This document shows positions 25,615 to 36,151 of a DNA stretch of 64,000 nucleotides, piece by piece (the stretch's first letter is position 1; every line of letters begins with the position of its first letter). The DNA is from a virus. The notes under the pieces are model-generated. The model did not search any database and was not told the origin of the DNA. It saw only the letters and a program-made list of their open reading frames with translations. The translations under genes were made by a program, and so were the position numbers. The stretch spans positions 4,847 through 68,846 of the IMG/VR virus record IMGVR_UViG_3300009873_000015; one strand, 5' to 3'.

Positions 25615-26784
25615 TTACTTATTTACAAAATAAATATTTCCATTAATCGTAGTAGCAGTTGTTGCCGAAGCCATCCAAAAAGGTAGCAAACAGTGTCCAT
25701 TATACAATCTTAAATCTAATTTCTTAGGATATGCCAATGACCCAACATTTGCTGCTGTTACAGATGTAGATGCTAAAGAATTAAATAACAGTAAAGATAT
25801 GGCCCCACCTCCATAGGAAGTTCCTAATGTAATAGATTTGATAGTTTTAATACCTCTATCTCCTGCCTGTAATTCAAAGGGTACAAATGTTCCCGCTACT
25901 GCTGTTGCAGGAAAGGAGGATATCGTAGCAGTTCTACTTGGTGTACCTTGTGCACTAGTATAAGATAATGTTGTATTACTAATTACACTACCATTTGTTG
26001 TAGCTGTTGTTACTAATATCCCTACATATACACCATATCCATCAGTTGAACCGTTGTTGTCTCTTGCAGGTAATGTGGGTTGTGTTATAGATTGTGCTGT
26101 TGTTGTTGTAACAACAATTCCATTATTGACCCACAACACATCAAATAGATTAAATTGACCAGCTACTGAACCTGATATATTTATATCTCTTACATACCAA
26201 GCACCAGAGGAAGGGTCACCTATCGATATACAGCCTGCATCTGCGGAATCTGTACCATCTGTGTTTCTACCATTTATCCCCGATGTGCCTACTGACCAAG
26301 CTCCCGGAAAACCATTATCTTTAGAATGAGAATAAAATCTTCCGGCAGCTTCTATCGTTGTTCCTACTTTCAATATACTTCTCACTTCACCTGTTATCTC
26401 AGAATCACCTAAATTCTGAATTTTCTCTCTACCTGATACATCCAGTACGGAAATTTTGTCGTTTACAATTCTCAAAGTCTCTCCATTTTGGAGAACAACT
26501 TGTATGATGATATAATCTGTTCCCGAAATATCCTTTTTTACCTTAATGGTATTTGTTGCATCATTATTGAAAATATTCAGATATTGAACTTTTCTTGTTG
26601 TGGAAGCAGCAGGTGCAGATAAGATTACAGTAGTGGTTGCTGTAGTTATAATACCTTGATTATCAGATGGATTAGATACGGCAGTTGATGTTATATCCGT
26701 ATAACCACATTGATAGTGAATAGAACCCGCAACAGATGTTTCAAGTTCTAAAGTATGGGTTGTATTAGATAAGTGTATCTGCAT
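25615..26784 (-). CDS. Tail fibre or tailspike-like protein (389 aa)
   Basis: T/S/G/N-rich repeats. Confidence 0.45.
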   Translation of the reverse strand: MQIHLSNTTHTLELETSVAGSIHYQCGYTDITSTAVSNPSDNQGIITTATTTVILSAPAASTTRKVQYLNIFNNDATNTIKVKKDISGTDYIIIQVVLQNGETLRIVNDKISVLDVSGREKIQNLGDSEITGEVRSILKVGTTIEAAGRFYSHSKDNGFPGAWSVGTSGINGRNTDGTDSADAGCISIGDPSSGAWYVRDINISGSVAGQFNLFDVLWVNNGIVVTTTTAQSITQPTLPARDNNGSTDGYGVYVGILVTTATTNGSVISNTTLSYTSAQGTPSRTATISSFPATAVAGTFVPFELQAGDRGIKTIKSITLGTSYGGGAISLLLFNSLASTSVTAANVGSLAYPKKLDLRLYNGHCLLPFWMASATTATTINGNIYFVNK

Positions 26785-26996
26785 TATAAGTTATTCATGA
26801 TGGTTTTTAGTCTCATAATTTCTGTATAACTAAGTCCTCCCGAAACAGTAGCTAATTCATAATCTGTTTCTCCAACATTAACTCTTAATAGCTTTAGGGA
26901 GTTCCCAGTTTTTGATGGAAGTAAGGCATTCATAGCTGCATTAGCTGTTGTCTGTCCTGTACCACCTTGTTTTATCTGAACTATTGTAGAAGCCAT
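26784..26996 (-). CDS. Small structural protein (70 aa)
   Basis: ORF coupled to its neighbours. Confidence 0.4.
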   Translation of the reverse strand: MASTIVQIKQGGTGQTTANAAMNALLPSKTGNSLKLLRVNVGETDYELATVSGGLSYTEIMRLKTIMNNL

Positions 26997-27002
26997 TATT
27001 CA

Positions 27003-27836
27003 TTATTTTCTGTAGCTTACTCTTAATTTCTCACCTGTTAGAGGTGCAGTAAGCATTGTTATGTTTGCACCAGAGATAGTGTAGTCATTACCTGCACCAC
27101 TCTCTTGTAGTACACCATTTAAGTAAAGATGTTCTGAACCAACCACTGGTGTGTTTGCCAAAGTAAAGGCTGTGTTTGAACCGTTTATAGAACCTGACGG
27201 AACTTCCTTATCAACAAAGTTTGTGTTAGATAAACCTGCTGAAGTAGGAATTTGTTGCCAAGTAATAGCTGTTGTTCCTAAAGTACCACCTTGATTAGAG
27301 GTACAAAGCCAAACAGTATCTGCGTTTAATGTGCCATCCTCGACTGCAACAAATGCACCGGGAACTTCTGTCCAGTCATTCATATCGGTAGAACGAGTAG
27401 GTGCTCCAGAAGCATTTACTGTATAAATACCATTTTCAGCTTGTGATGATTGGTCTTTAATCAAGATTCTATCTCCTGTAGCAAGCACAATGCCATCTAC
27501 ACTATCACCATTCTCAAAGCTTGTTGCAAGAGTGCCTGCTGCTGTAGTAGCAACTCTTACAGAACCCTTTGAATCAAACAATGAATTCAAACTACTTATT
27601 GCTGTGTCAACATAGTTCTTGTTTGCAGCATCAGTGCCAGATGACGGCGTTAGTACATTTGTAATCAACTGGGAACCCATGTTAAGAGCACCAGTCATTG
27701 CGATAGAACCGTCTCTATTTATAAAGTTAGAACCGTCAGCTAATTTAGATGTAGCAATAGCTGCACCTGCCTGAACTTTGGCATCATTTATTGCACCATC
27801 TGCAATCTGTCTCTGTACTATTTGAGTAGTGGCCAT
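27003..27836 (-). CDS. Tail fibre-like protein (277 aa)
   Basis: G/T/S/N/A-rich. Confidence 0.45.
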   Translation of the reverse strand: MATTQIVQRQIADGAINDAKVQAGAAIATSKLADGSNFINRDGSIAMTGALNMGSQLITNVLTPSSGTDAANKNYVDTAISSLNSLFDSKGSVRVATTAAGTLATSFENGDSVDGIVLATGDRILIKDQSSQAENGIYTVNASGAPTRSTDMNDWTEVPGAFVAVEDGTLNADTVWLCTSNQGGTLGTTAITWQQIPTSAGLSNTNFVDKEVPSGSINGSNTAFTLANTPVVGSEHLYLNGVLQESGAGNDYTISGANITMLTAPLTGEKLRVSYRK

Positions 27837-27837
27837 A

Positions 27838-28233
27838 TCATAATTTTACATAATTGATTTCCAAAATATCACCAACTTGGGGTGAATCAGAAAACATTAT
27901 TGTATTTGTACCAAAAGTATTATAGTGAGTTGGCTTCTTCTGTTTTACGCCATTTATGAACACAATTGTTGTATCAGAGTCAAAATTCTGAGTAGTAGTA
28001 AATGTAGCATTACTACCATTAATTGTACCTAATAATTCTTCTGTAACTTCCTCATATGAGGAGGATATAGTCTGAATTGGATTTACTTTATGGTAATTAC
28101 CTCCTAAATCTGTAATATATAAATCTACATCACTTCCATTTCCATTTGGTACATAATAACGAGAGTTTGGTTGCCCTTTTGCAGGTAAACTATTCACTTT
28201 ATAATCTCGTATTGGATACTGTGTCATTACCAT
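27838..28233 (-). CDS. Structural protein (131 aa)
   Basis: ORF. Confidence 0.4.
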   Translation of the reverse strand: MVMTQYPIRDYKVNSLPAKGQPNSRYYVPNGNGSDVDLYITDLGGNYHKVNPIQTISSSYEEVTEELLGTINGSNATFTTTQNFDSDTTIVFINGVKQKKPTHYNTFGTNTIMFSDSPQVGDILEINYVKL

Positions 28234-28553
28234 TCAGTTTTTTCCCATTTATCTTCAATAATATAGTTATTAACCATATTTATATCAGGTGAAACCTCAT
28301 CTTGTATATTAAGAAGTTTTATCTTTCTTTTACTATCCGTATCACAATACTTCATTGTTTTTCCATATAATTCAATTTTGTTATTTTCCTCAAAGAATAT
28401 CTGGAGTTGTAGGTCAGTTATATAACTGGAAAGTGGATATTTTTCAGGAAAAGTTACACAGGTATCTACAAAGTAGACTTCCTGATTGAACTTTATATTT
28501 ACTCTATTGAGAAACTTATCCTTTATTTTATCTACATCCACATTCATTTTCAA
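28227..28553 (-). CDS. Hypothetical protein (108 aa)
   Basis: ORF. Confidence 0.4.
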   Translation of the reverse strand: MKMNVDVDKIKDKFLNRVNIKFNQEVYFVDTCVTFPEKYPLSSYITDLQLQIFFEENNKIELYGKTMKYCDTDSKRKIKLLNIQDEVSPDINMVNNYIIEDKWEKTEW

Positions 28554-29079
28554 ATTGCTTTATCAGTTCTACAGCTTGATTATAAAACCTAATTCCACAT
28601 TCTTTATCATGTTTTTCACTTACAGTATACTCTGCCGCCTCAATATATTGCTTAATGTTCACAAGCTGTTGAGTTTCAGCTATATATAATCTTTCGTCCT
28701 TCTTACATTCCTCATTGAAATGTTTACACAATAGTTCCACATACTTTAATGTGAGGGCAGTTGTTCTAAGATGATAATAGTGAGCAAGAGTATGTATGTT
28801 AGGTTTATATGATTGTTTAATTTCATATATACCATCTGGAATATCAACCAGCTCATCAGTATTCGCTACTTTCTTATATCCAAGATTAGATGAGTTCAAG
28901 ACTAAGGAAAAATTCTTCTGGGCATAAAATACAACCCAAGAGGACTTGTTAACTGGAAGTATCTCAATAAGATAATTTTCAATTATATCATCATCACAAT
29001 ACTTCGATGTATCAAATACCCTCATAACCTTCAAACTATGACTCTTTGATACCTCCAATGATAATTCACTCCTGTTCAC
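28528..29079 (-). CDS. Hypothetical protein (183 aa)
   Basis: ORF. Confidence 0.4.
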   Translation of the reverse strand: MNRSELSLEVSKSHSLKVMRVFDTSKYCDDDIIENYLIEILPVNKSSWVVFYAQKNFSLVLNSSNLGYKKVANTDELVDIPDGIYEIKQSYKPNIHTLAHYYHLRTTALTLKYVELLCKHFNEECKKDERLYIAETQQLVNIKQYIEAAEYTVSEKHDKECGIRFYNQAVELIKQFENECGCR

Positions 29080-29128
29080 AATATAATATAGTTAAAAAAT
29101 ATGAGAAATTAAAATAATTCTGAGCGTT

Positions 29129-29171
29129 AAAAAAGAAAAGGTTGGCAGGGAGTTACTACTGCCTACCAACC
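29129..29171 (-). terminator. Strong intrinsic terminator (minus strand) right after the 684-aa gene
   Basis: Hairpin GGTTGGTAGGCAG...CTGCCAACC followed by TTTTCTTTTTT on the minus strand. Confidence 0.55.
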
Positions 29172-29197
29172 TTTGAACTTTATAGAGGAGGAGAAAA

Positions 29198-31252
29198 TTA
29201 CGCTCCTATGCCCTGCATACCACTTGAGCCACCTACGTTGGCCTCGTGAACATGCATAGTCACACCTGACTTAGCTGACAGAACGTCAAGGATGCTGGCT
29301 TCGAAGGCCAGAGCTGCTGCATCACCTTCTTTGAAGGCAAATACTGCAGTGAACTTCTCTTGTTCGTTCTTTCTGAAGCTGTTACCGTAAGATGCTTTAA
29401 ATCTTACATAGTACAGGTTGTAGTATGCATTCTTGTCCACACTTGACAGCAATTGCATGTCAAATGCTTCTCTCATACGAGGTTCCAGACTGAACTGGTC
29501 TACGTGCTTCAGGTAAGCATCTGTCTTCATGATAAGCTCACGAACAACATATTCACCTGACTGACGGCTGATTTGACCGATTCTGCTTTGAGAAACAGTT
29601 GGCCAGTTTGCAGCATCACAACGGTCGCCATCTTCCTGAAGAAGAGAAACTTCCATCTTGATAGGTTCAGTTTCGTAGTAGTCCATAGGATTGAATGAAC
29701 AATCTCCGAACTTAGGGTCAATGTAACCAGCAGTTACACGGATACCACACTTACGAGTATCATCTTCCTCGACTGTTGCAGGAATTACTTCCCATGCGTT
29801 GTTTTCAAACGCTGGTACAGTGTCGTATGTGAATGTGACATTAGATGTCAAACATCCTTCATCCAGACAGTCCTGAGACAGTTGAGTTACTGTGTAGTCA
29901 TCCTTACAACCATCACCTGCTTCCAGAGTAAGAGACTCAAGGTCAATACCTACTACACCTGCGAGAGATGCAGCAATATCATCCAGACGGTCACCATCAG
30001 CATCACAATCAGGACGGTTGATGTTTCTCAGTCTCAGTTGACGTGAAGAAGAAATACCGCTACCACAGTTTTCCCATGCTACTGCTGCTGGTGTATCAAA
30101 GATACATACTGCAGCTTCAGTGTGAGAGAATTCGATAATGTCTGTACCGATAGCAGGGTCTAATTCAGTACCTGCAGGGAACTTCAGCTTTACAATAGCC
30201 AGTGAACCATCCTGACCTACGAATGTAGCATCTGGGTTAGTCAAGCTACCGGAAGCAGTAGTTGTAGAGGTAGTAGAAGTTGTTGTTGTGACTGACTCCT
30301 GAGCTGCGTATGCAGTCCAGATAGCGTTTGCGTAAGCATCACGACTTGCTGCTGAAGAGAAATCTTCACCGCCCACGATTGGTCTCTTTACGATGAACAC
30401 ATCCTTAGCAGGAACCAAGAATGAGTCGTCTGGGCAATCCTCACAAACAGCCTGCAGAACAGAGCCAGTCTGAGTGAATGGTGCTGGAGTAGTTTCGTTG
30501 TCAATAGCACAGAACTGATAAGTAGACAAGCTACCTGAACGTGCTGTTCTCACAACTTGGGTATTTGCTGGAGCCTGAGCCTGTACGGCATTCAGAGCCT
30601 GAGCATCACCATTATCACATAATGTGATACACCACTTAATCATGTTTGGTGTTGCTGCACTGAATGTGTTAGACACATACTTAGCAGTTACACCGAACTT
30701 ACGAAGTTCTGTGTGGTTATTAATCAGGTCTACAAGAGCCTTCGTATGTATCTCGCAGTCTGCAATACCTTCTGGGCAGTCACCTGCTTCACAAGGAGTT
30801 GTACAATCCTCTTTTGGAGTGTACGATACCACGTATTCCTTAGGACCGTTGAAGAAACGGTAGATAGGTTGACCGTGGAAATAGAATTTGATACGAGTTG
30901 CTTCACCTGTGGTGAATGTCAAACTCTTAGAAGAAGGTGAACCGTTGTAACCGATTACCCACTCTTCATTCACAATTCTCTGAGGCTTAGACAGATACAT
31001 ATCCTCTACGTCCTTTCCGAAGAAGAACGGAGACTTGTGGCTGACTCTTACGGGTGCACCGTACCAGTCCAAACCACCCTGAGCACCCTGAGCAAAGAAG
31101 AACTCCTTGCCATTTCCGATGCCAGTAGCAACAGAGAAGGTGTTTCTGTCAAACAGACCAACCTGACCGGGTTTTAAGTCGGCAGAGTGACCTGAGGTTG
31201 CTATACCCCCGTTTACAACGTAAAACGGCACATGATAGCTAAAATTTTCCAT
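29198..31252 (-). CDS. Major virion protein (684 aa), candidate major capsid protein
   Basis: Large gene with its own strong terminator. Located in the head-gene block. Confidence 0.4.
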   Translation of the reverse strand: MENFSYHVPFYVVNGGIATSGHSADLKPGQVGLFDRNTFSVATGIGNGKEFFFAQGAQGGLDWYGAPVRVSHKSPFFFGKDVEDMYLSKPQRIVNEEWVIGYNGSPSSKSLTFTTGEATRIKFYFHGQPIYRFFNGPKEYVVSYTPKEDCTTPCEAGDCPEGIADCEIHTKALVDLINNHTELRKFGVTAKYVSNTFSAATPNMIKWCITLCDNGDAQALNAVQAQAPANTQVVRTARSGSLSTYQFCAIDNETTPAPFTQTGSVLQAVCEDCPDDSFLVPAKDVFIVKRPIVGGEDFSSAASRDAYANAIWTAYAAQESVTTTTSTTSTTTASGSLTNPDATFVGQDGSLAIVKLKFPAGTELDPAIGTDIIEFSHTEAAVCIFDTPAAVAWENCGSGISSSRQLRLRNINRPDCDADGDRLDDIAASLAGVVGIDLESLTLEAGDGCKDDYTVTQLSQDCLDEGCLTSNVTFTYDTVPAFENNAWEVIPATVEEDDTRKCGIRVTAGYIDPKFGDCSFNPMDYYETEPIKMEVSLLQEDGDRCDAANWPTVSQSRIGQISRQSGEYVVRELIMKTDAYLKHVDQFSLEPRMREAFDMQLLSSVDKNAYYNLYYVRFKASYGNSFRKNEQEKFTAVFAFKEGDAAALAFEASILDVLSAKSGVTMHVHEANVGGSSGMQGIGA

Positions 31253-31281
31253 AAACTTGGTTGTTTGTTAGTGATGAAATA

Positions 31282-31959
31282 TTAGTTGTTATTTTCAACT
31301 CGTGACTCCGTAAGAGCCTTTGCGTTTAAGCTTTCAATATCAGAAGCTATGATTTTACAGGCTTCATCCACCAGAAGTTCACAAACATCGTCTTTGAACT
31401 CCACTACTGTTCCCAGTTTTGCTGGTCTAAACTCGTAGAAGGTAGGTTTTCTGTAGTAGGTTAGCTCAACCTTATCTACCACAAATTCTTTTGCGTGGTA
31501 AACATGAGCCCTGTTTGCTATCAGGGTGTGGAAGGTTTCCTCAAACTCGAATGAAGGGAGTGAAGGAATCAAATCATCCACATTGGCTTCCTCTTTCAGG
31601 TGGGACTTAATCTTTACGTTGCTACAGTTTCCTTTACTAACGTAAGATGTAAGTCTTTTGTAATAAAGGTAATCTGAAGGCAAACGATTAGTTTGTACAA
31701 AATCACCCTTATCCCTGATTGTCAGGCTGTCTGTTTTCAGAAGAATCTGAAGGTCATCTACCCGCATGGTAGTCTCTTCATCTCCTTCTTGTTTTATATT
31801 CATTCCATGATACTGTCTTCTCACCCACTCATTGACAGCCTTATTAAAAGCTTCCTGCTTAACATAGTTCCAGATGTTGTCATAGTCAGCACTGGCTCCT
31901 TTGTTTAGTCTCAGGTCAATTTTAGCAGATATTTGTGACAGTGTCATTATTCTTTCCAT
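31282..31959 (-). CDS. Head-associated protein (225 aa)
   Basis: ORF. Confidence 0.4.
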   Translation of the reverse strand: MERIMTLSQISAKIDLRLNKGASADYDNIWNYVKQEAFNKAVNEWVRRQYHGMNIKQEGDEETTMRVDDLQILLKTDSLTIRDKGDFVQTNRLPSDYLYYKRLTSYVSKGNCSNVKIKSHLKEEANVDDLIPSLPSFEFEETFHTLIANRAHVYHAKEFVVDKVELTYYRKPTFYEFRPAKLGTVVEFKDDVCELLVDEACKIIASDIESLNAKALTESRVENNN

Positions 31960-32948
31960 TTGGCCTCAACCCGTTCACGTAGAGCTTCAAGGTCTACTTT
32001 GAACTTAGGTTTCATGAGGTTCTTTACAGCTTCGTCAACTGTGTTACCAAGGATTGTCCCATCCGCAGTAACGAATTTCTTTTCTCTTTGACTAATGAAG
32101 TTGTAATACTCACCTGCCTTAACGTAGGCTTCAGTGTACAGAAGTGGTCTTGTTTGAGCACCTCTCCACTTTTCAGCGTATTCCATGAACTTCTTAGCGT
32201 AATTTGGTCTTCTGATACCCTTTGTTTGAAGCTTCCCATCAATATAACGGATTGTGTAATTGATGATGTCCTTCTCTGATGTACCGTAGTTATAGGCACC
32301 AAAGGCATTGGTATCGTACTGAAGACACCATGCAAGTATGTAAAGAGCTTCTTTTCCAAATTCTCTTCTCAGAAGAGTCAATTCACCCAGTGCATCTGCT
32401 CTGTTGATTTCATCTTCGTCAGCAAAGTCGTTTGACTCAAGCTCAAGAGCAAGGTACAAAGGTACTTCTGTTCTGTCTGCCCAGTCCTTAGAAGGGGCAA
32501 CTGTGTCAATAAAAGCTCCTGCCAAGATACTCAGGTAGAGCAATGCGTGTTCAGGATTTGCTGTATCATAGAAAACATCAATGTTCTCATGACTGATTTT
32601 CAGCTTGTTTACATCTCTTCTCTTTTTCCAGAAACTGTAATTCTCAGGGTTCAGGATATTCTTACCACCATAATACTTTTCAATCGCAGGTTTTAACTCC
32701 CTAATGGTATCCTTTACAAGTGTTTTTTCTTCTTCTGTTAACCACTTATACAGGTCAACCATATCTTCATCCAAACCTGTGATGAATGTCCACCGAGTAG
32801 GGTTCCCAAGATTATCCGTCTCAATAGCAGTACCTGCTCTTTCGGATGTCTTGAAGAATGGCTCTCCGGTACCTGAAAATCTAATGAAGGCTTCACCTTC
32901 TTTCTTGGCTCTTTCAGCCGTGTTTCTGATAGAAAATTTAACTGACAT
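31947..32948 (-). CDS. Head-associated protein (333 aa)
   Basis: ORF. Confidence 0.45.
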   Translation of the reverse strand: MSVKFSIRNTAERAKKEGEAFIRFSGTGEPFFKTSERAGTAIETDNLGNPTRWTFITGLDEDMVDLYKWLTEEEKTLVKDTIRELKPAIEKYYGGKNILNPENYSFWKKRRDVNKLKISHENIDVFYDTANPEHALLYLSILAGAFIDTVAPSKDWADRTEVPLYLALELESNDFADEDEINRADALGELTLLRREFGKEALYILAWCLQYDTNAFGAYNYGTSEKDIINYTIRYIDGKLQTKGIRRPNYAKKFMEYAEKWRGAQTRPLLYTEAYVKAGEYYNFISQREKKFVTADGTILGNTVDEAVKNLMKPKFKVDLEALRERVEAKWKE

Positions 32949-33061
32949 ACTTGTTGGTTTTAAGGAAGAATTGGTTGGTTATCCAGCACTGCCCCGTGGA
33001 GGCTTCTTCTTAGTGCCAGAGGACCTACGGGGTCCTCGATTATTATGCAGGTTTGTGCACC

Positions 33062-34771
33062 TTACAGGGCAGCAATACCTGTTCTTGGGTTCTTTGGAAC
33101 CAGCTTCAGGAGCTTTGTTGGGTCCTTAACGATAGCAGTGTCTGCCTTCGATACGAACTTAACCTGATAGCCTGACAGTTCATCAGATGCCTGAGAAAGT
33201 GTAATGTTCTGACCGTTGATGCTTGTTGTGCTTCTCAACAGTGGGTGAGTCTGGTCACCAGCTTCCACAATCATACGCATCTTGTGTCCGTTCTTACGGA
33301 TGATAGCGATGTTGTCTCTTGAAGTGTTGTAGTCTTCAATCAACATAGTGTAGCTTGACAGACGATAACCACCGGGAAGAATAGGGTTAACAAACTCATC
33401 AGCCTTCACTGGGTCAAATCCCGGCTCCCATTCTACTGACAGGTAACCGATATTTGGAATCTGGTACTTGATAAACCTTGCAGCGTTATAAGTCAGGTTA
33501 GCTGCGTTTGGACCAGTAATGAATCCGAATTCAGCGTTCTGAAGCTGAGCAGGAATCTGGAAGCCACTCTTCATGAATGCCTTATAGATAAGCTCAGAAC
33601 CACCACGACCTGTACGAATAACGTACATGTTATCAGAGATTGACTCTCTCAGAGGCACTTTACCGAACTCGAAGTCCTTAATTGCATCTGTAAGAGTATC
33701 CAGAGTGAATGTGTCAATTGAGTAGACGTGCTTGTAGCCTGCCATATCCAACTGGAACCATACACCGGGAACCAGACGTGTTGTATCATATCCGTCTCTC
33801 AGAATGTCAGAACCATCAGCCCAAATCATCAGGTCGTTGTTCTGCTTCTGCATCAGGTTGATAGCAATAGAGTCCAGAAGGTTAACCATAGCGGCTTCAC
33901 CGTTACCCTTCACTTTTTCTTCCTGAAGACGTTCAAAATACATTTTATAGCTCTCTGGATTACGAAGGTCAATAACCTTGTTATCCGCAATGCCACGTAC
34001 CTGATAGAACTGGAGAACTGTCTGTTCCATCATTTGAATCTGACGAGGGTCAATTCTTGTGTGGTTATTCAAGTACTCAACGGCACCTGAAGTAACACGA
34101 TAAGACTGCTGCAACATCAGATTTGACAGGTAGTTCTTGTACTTTGCCAGAGAAGGTACACCAGAGATACTCCATACAGACTTGAATGAAGAGAAGTCAA
34201 GGCTTCTCATATCAGCAAGCTTAATGATTTGTCTCTGAGGCTGGAATTCAGCCTTAGTTACGTACTTAACCTGAGCGTTAGTGTTCAGAACAGCCCATAC
34301 CTTGTAGTGTTCACCCAGTTGCTCGATAGGACGGTCAACTGCTGTGAAAGAGATACGAGATGTCAAGTCGAACTTGAAGATTGCACCCGGACCAAGGTCA
34401 CGACGAGTAATGACGAATGGAATTTCTTCCCCGTCCATACCTTGCTTGTCCTTGTCCAGACCACCTGATACAAGACGTGTAGTAGCGTCTGCAGCAGAAG
34501 GTAGTTCGAATGTGTAATAATCTGCATCAGTATAGATAACTTGTGCGTTATCAATAGCCAATGTCAAAAGTGGGGACTCAGTTCTTTGACGAAGAGCCCA
34601 AAGGTCCAGAACACCAAAATCAAGTGGTTTCTCTGGAGCAAGAGCAGTTACATAAGGAATGTCCACATGGTTTTTGATACCAAGAGAACGTGCCTGCCCG
34701 ATGAAAATACCGGGGTGACCAAGTGTTCCTAAGCCTGTTCTTGTATCAGTACCGGGAATAAATTCTGGCAT
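33062..34771 (-). CDS. Large head protein (569 aa), alternative capsid candidate
   Basis: ORF following the scaffold-like gene. Confidence 0.4.
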   Translation of the reverse strand: MPEFIPGTDTRTGLGTLGHPGIFIGQARSLGIKNHVDIPYVTALAPEKPLDFGVLDLWALRQRTESPLLTLAIDNAQVIYTDADYYTFELPSAADATTRLVSGGLDKDKQGMDGEEIPFVITRRDLGPGAIFKFDLTSRISFTAVDRPIEQLGEHYKVWAVLNTNAQVKYVTKAEFQPQRQIIKLADMRSLDFSSFKSVWSISGVPSLAKYKNYLSNLMLQQSYRVTSGAVEYLNNHTRIDPRQIQMMEQTVLQFYQVRGIADNKVIDLRNPESYKMYFERLQEEKVKGNGEAAMVNLLDSIAINLMQKQNNDLMIWADGSDILRDGYDTTRLVPGVWFQLDMAGYKHVYSIDTFTLDTLTDAIKDFEFGKVPLRESISDNMYVIRTGRGGSELIYKAFMKSGFQIPAQLQNAEFGFITGPNAANLTYNAARFIKYQIPNIGYLSVEWEPGFDPVKADEFVNPILPGGYRLSSYTMLIEDYNTSRDNIAIIRKNGHKMRMIVEAGDQTHPLLRSTTSINGQNITLSQASDELSGYQVKFVSKADTAIVKDPTKLLKLVPKNPRTGIAAL

Positions 34772-34798
34772 AGTATAGAGTATTTAACGTTTTGTTTT

Positions 34799-36046
34799 TT
34801 AGCCCCTACCAAATGTAGGTTTAGTTTTGTATTGGTTTCTCTGAACTCTGGCCTGATTATTCTCTTCATGGAAGTCATTTCCAGAAGAACCACGACCTTC
34901 AGTTGAAACTCTTAGCTTTCTTTCCAAGGATGCAGCAGTAGCGTTGGCAACTGTTGTCCCCAGATAATTCATGAAAGCTTCCCTATTTGCAAGAAGTAGG
35001 GCAACTTCTTTTAATTTTTCAAAGTCTCTCTTTTCGAAGAGCTGGTCAATGGAGTTGTAGATTCCGTATCCCTGAGTATCCTCAGCAGGTTCTGCGATTA
35101 GGTCGTAGATTGCTGCTTTTTCTTCGTTTTTGAGTTTTGTCTTTCCAAATACTGGAGATTCGATTGACTTTAAAGCAGAGTCTCTTATTTCGGATACGAG
35201 CTGCTTGTATTGTTTTTCTTGCTCTTGCTTTTCTCTCATTTCTGTCTGAAGTTGCTGTTGTTCCTGCTGTAGGATAACTGGCTTATACATTTTGGCTGTT
35301 GAAATCAGCTTATCTGTAGTCTTCAGAGCATCAATCTGCTGAGCTATAATCTCTTCAGTATCACCTCTTTGTGCAAGACGAGTACGTACTATCTGTTCTG
35401 CACCCTCTACATCATTTTCATCCATATTTGCTACGGACTGTAGAGTTCTTACTCCCTGTAAGAAAGGAATAAGGTGTGTTGGGTCATCTACAAGTTCTGC
35501 ATACTGGCTTACTGCCTTCCATGCTGGACTCTTTGAAGCGTACCAGTTTTTCTCCATTTCTTTTTTGGCTTCATCCAGCCTAAAGTTAATTTGGAGCTCC
35601 AGTACTTCATCGTATTCTTCCGCTGTCTTTGGGATAAACGGAATTGGATTTCCCTTTTCGTCTGTGTCCTCAATTGCTACGAATTTACCACTCTTAATTC
35701 TGTCCTGATAATATGAAGCAAGGTCTGAAAGAGGTGTTTTGGCTGGGGTTGCTGCGGGAGTAACTCCTGTACCAAGAATATCAGCTTCTTCCTTATCTGC
35801 TTCTTTATCAGCAGGTTGTGCACCTTCTACAGGTGTGGCTGTGCCATCTTCTGCGGCTGCAGGTTGTGTGGTTTCTTCAGTAGTACTTGTTGATGTACTT
35901 GTTTGCTGACCGAACATGTCAGCAACTGTTTCCTGCATACCAAACTTTGGTTTAGTTTCTACAGGTCCTGTTCCCATATTTGCCATGTCTCCAAAAAGGT
36001 CTACTATGGCATTTTGGTCAACCGTTTGTACGATTGTATCACTCAT
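34799..36046 (-). CDS. Scaffold-like protein (415 aa) with acidic low-complexity N-terminus and helical C-terminus
   Basis: Contains EETTQPAAAEDGTATPVEGAQPADKEADKEEAD and later coiled-coil-like QQEQQQLQTEMREKQEQEKQ. Confidence 0.4.
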   Translation of the reverse strand: MSDTIVQTVDQNAIVDLFGDMANMGTGPVETKPKFGMQETVADMFGQQTSTSTSTTEETTQPAAAEDGTATPVEGAQPADKEADKEEADILGTGVTPAATPAKTPLSDLASYYQDRIKSGKFVAIEDTDEKGNPIPFIPKTAEEYDEVLELQINFRLDEAKKEMEKNWYASKSPAWKAVSQYAELVDDPTHLIPFLQGVRTLQSVANMDENDVEGAEQIVRTRLAQRGDTEEIIAQQIDALKTTDKLISTAKMYKPVILQQEQQQLQTEMREKQEQEKQYKQLVSEIRDSALKSIESPVFGKTKLKNEEKAAIYDLIAEPAEDTQGYGIYNSIDQLFEKRDFEKLKEVALLLANREAFMNYLGTTVANATAASLERKLRVSTEGRGSSGNDFHEENNQARVQRNQYKTKPTFGRG

Positions 36047-36151
36047 CTTGTTGGTTTTTAGTGTTCTATAAATTGATTATACTTAAAAGAAATTAATCTA
36101 CAAAATTTATTTCAATATAGCTAAATGGATTCTGACAGTATAGACTAATTT

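Noticed and set aside
32024-32359. Nested minus-strand ORF (111 aa) inside gene 31947-32948
   Set aside because: It lies in an alternate frame of a longer colinear gene and shows no promoter, start or terminator context.
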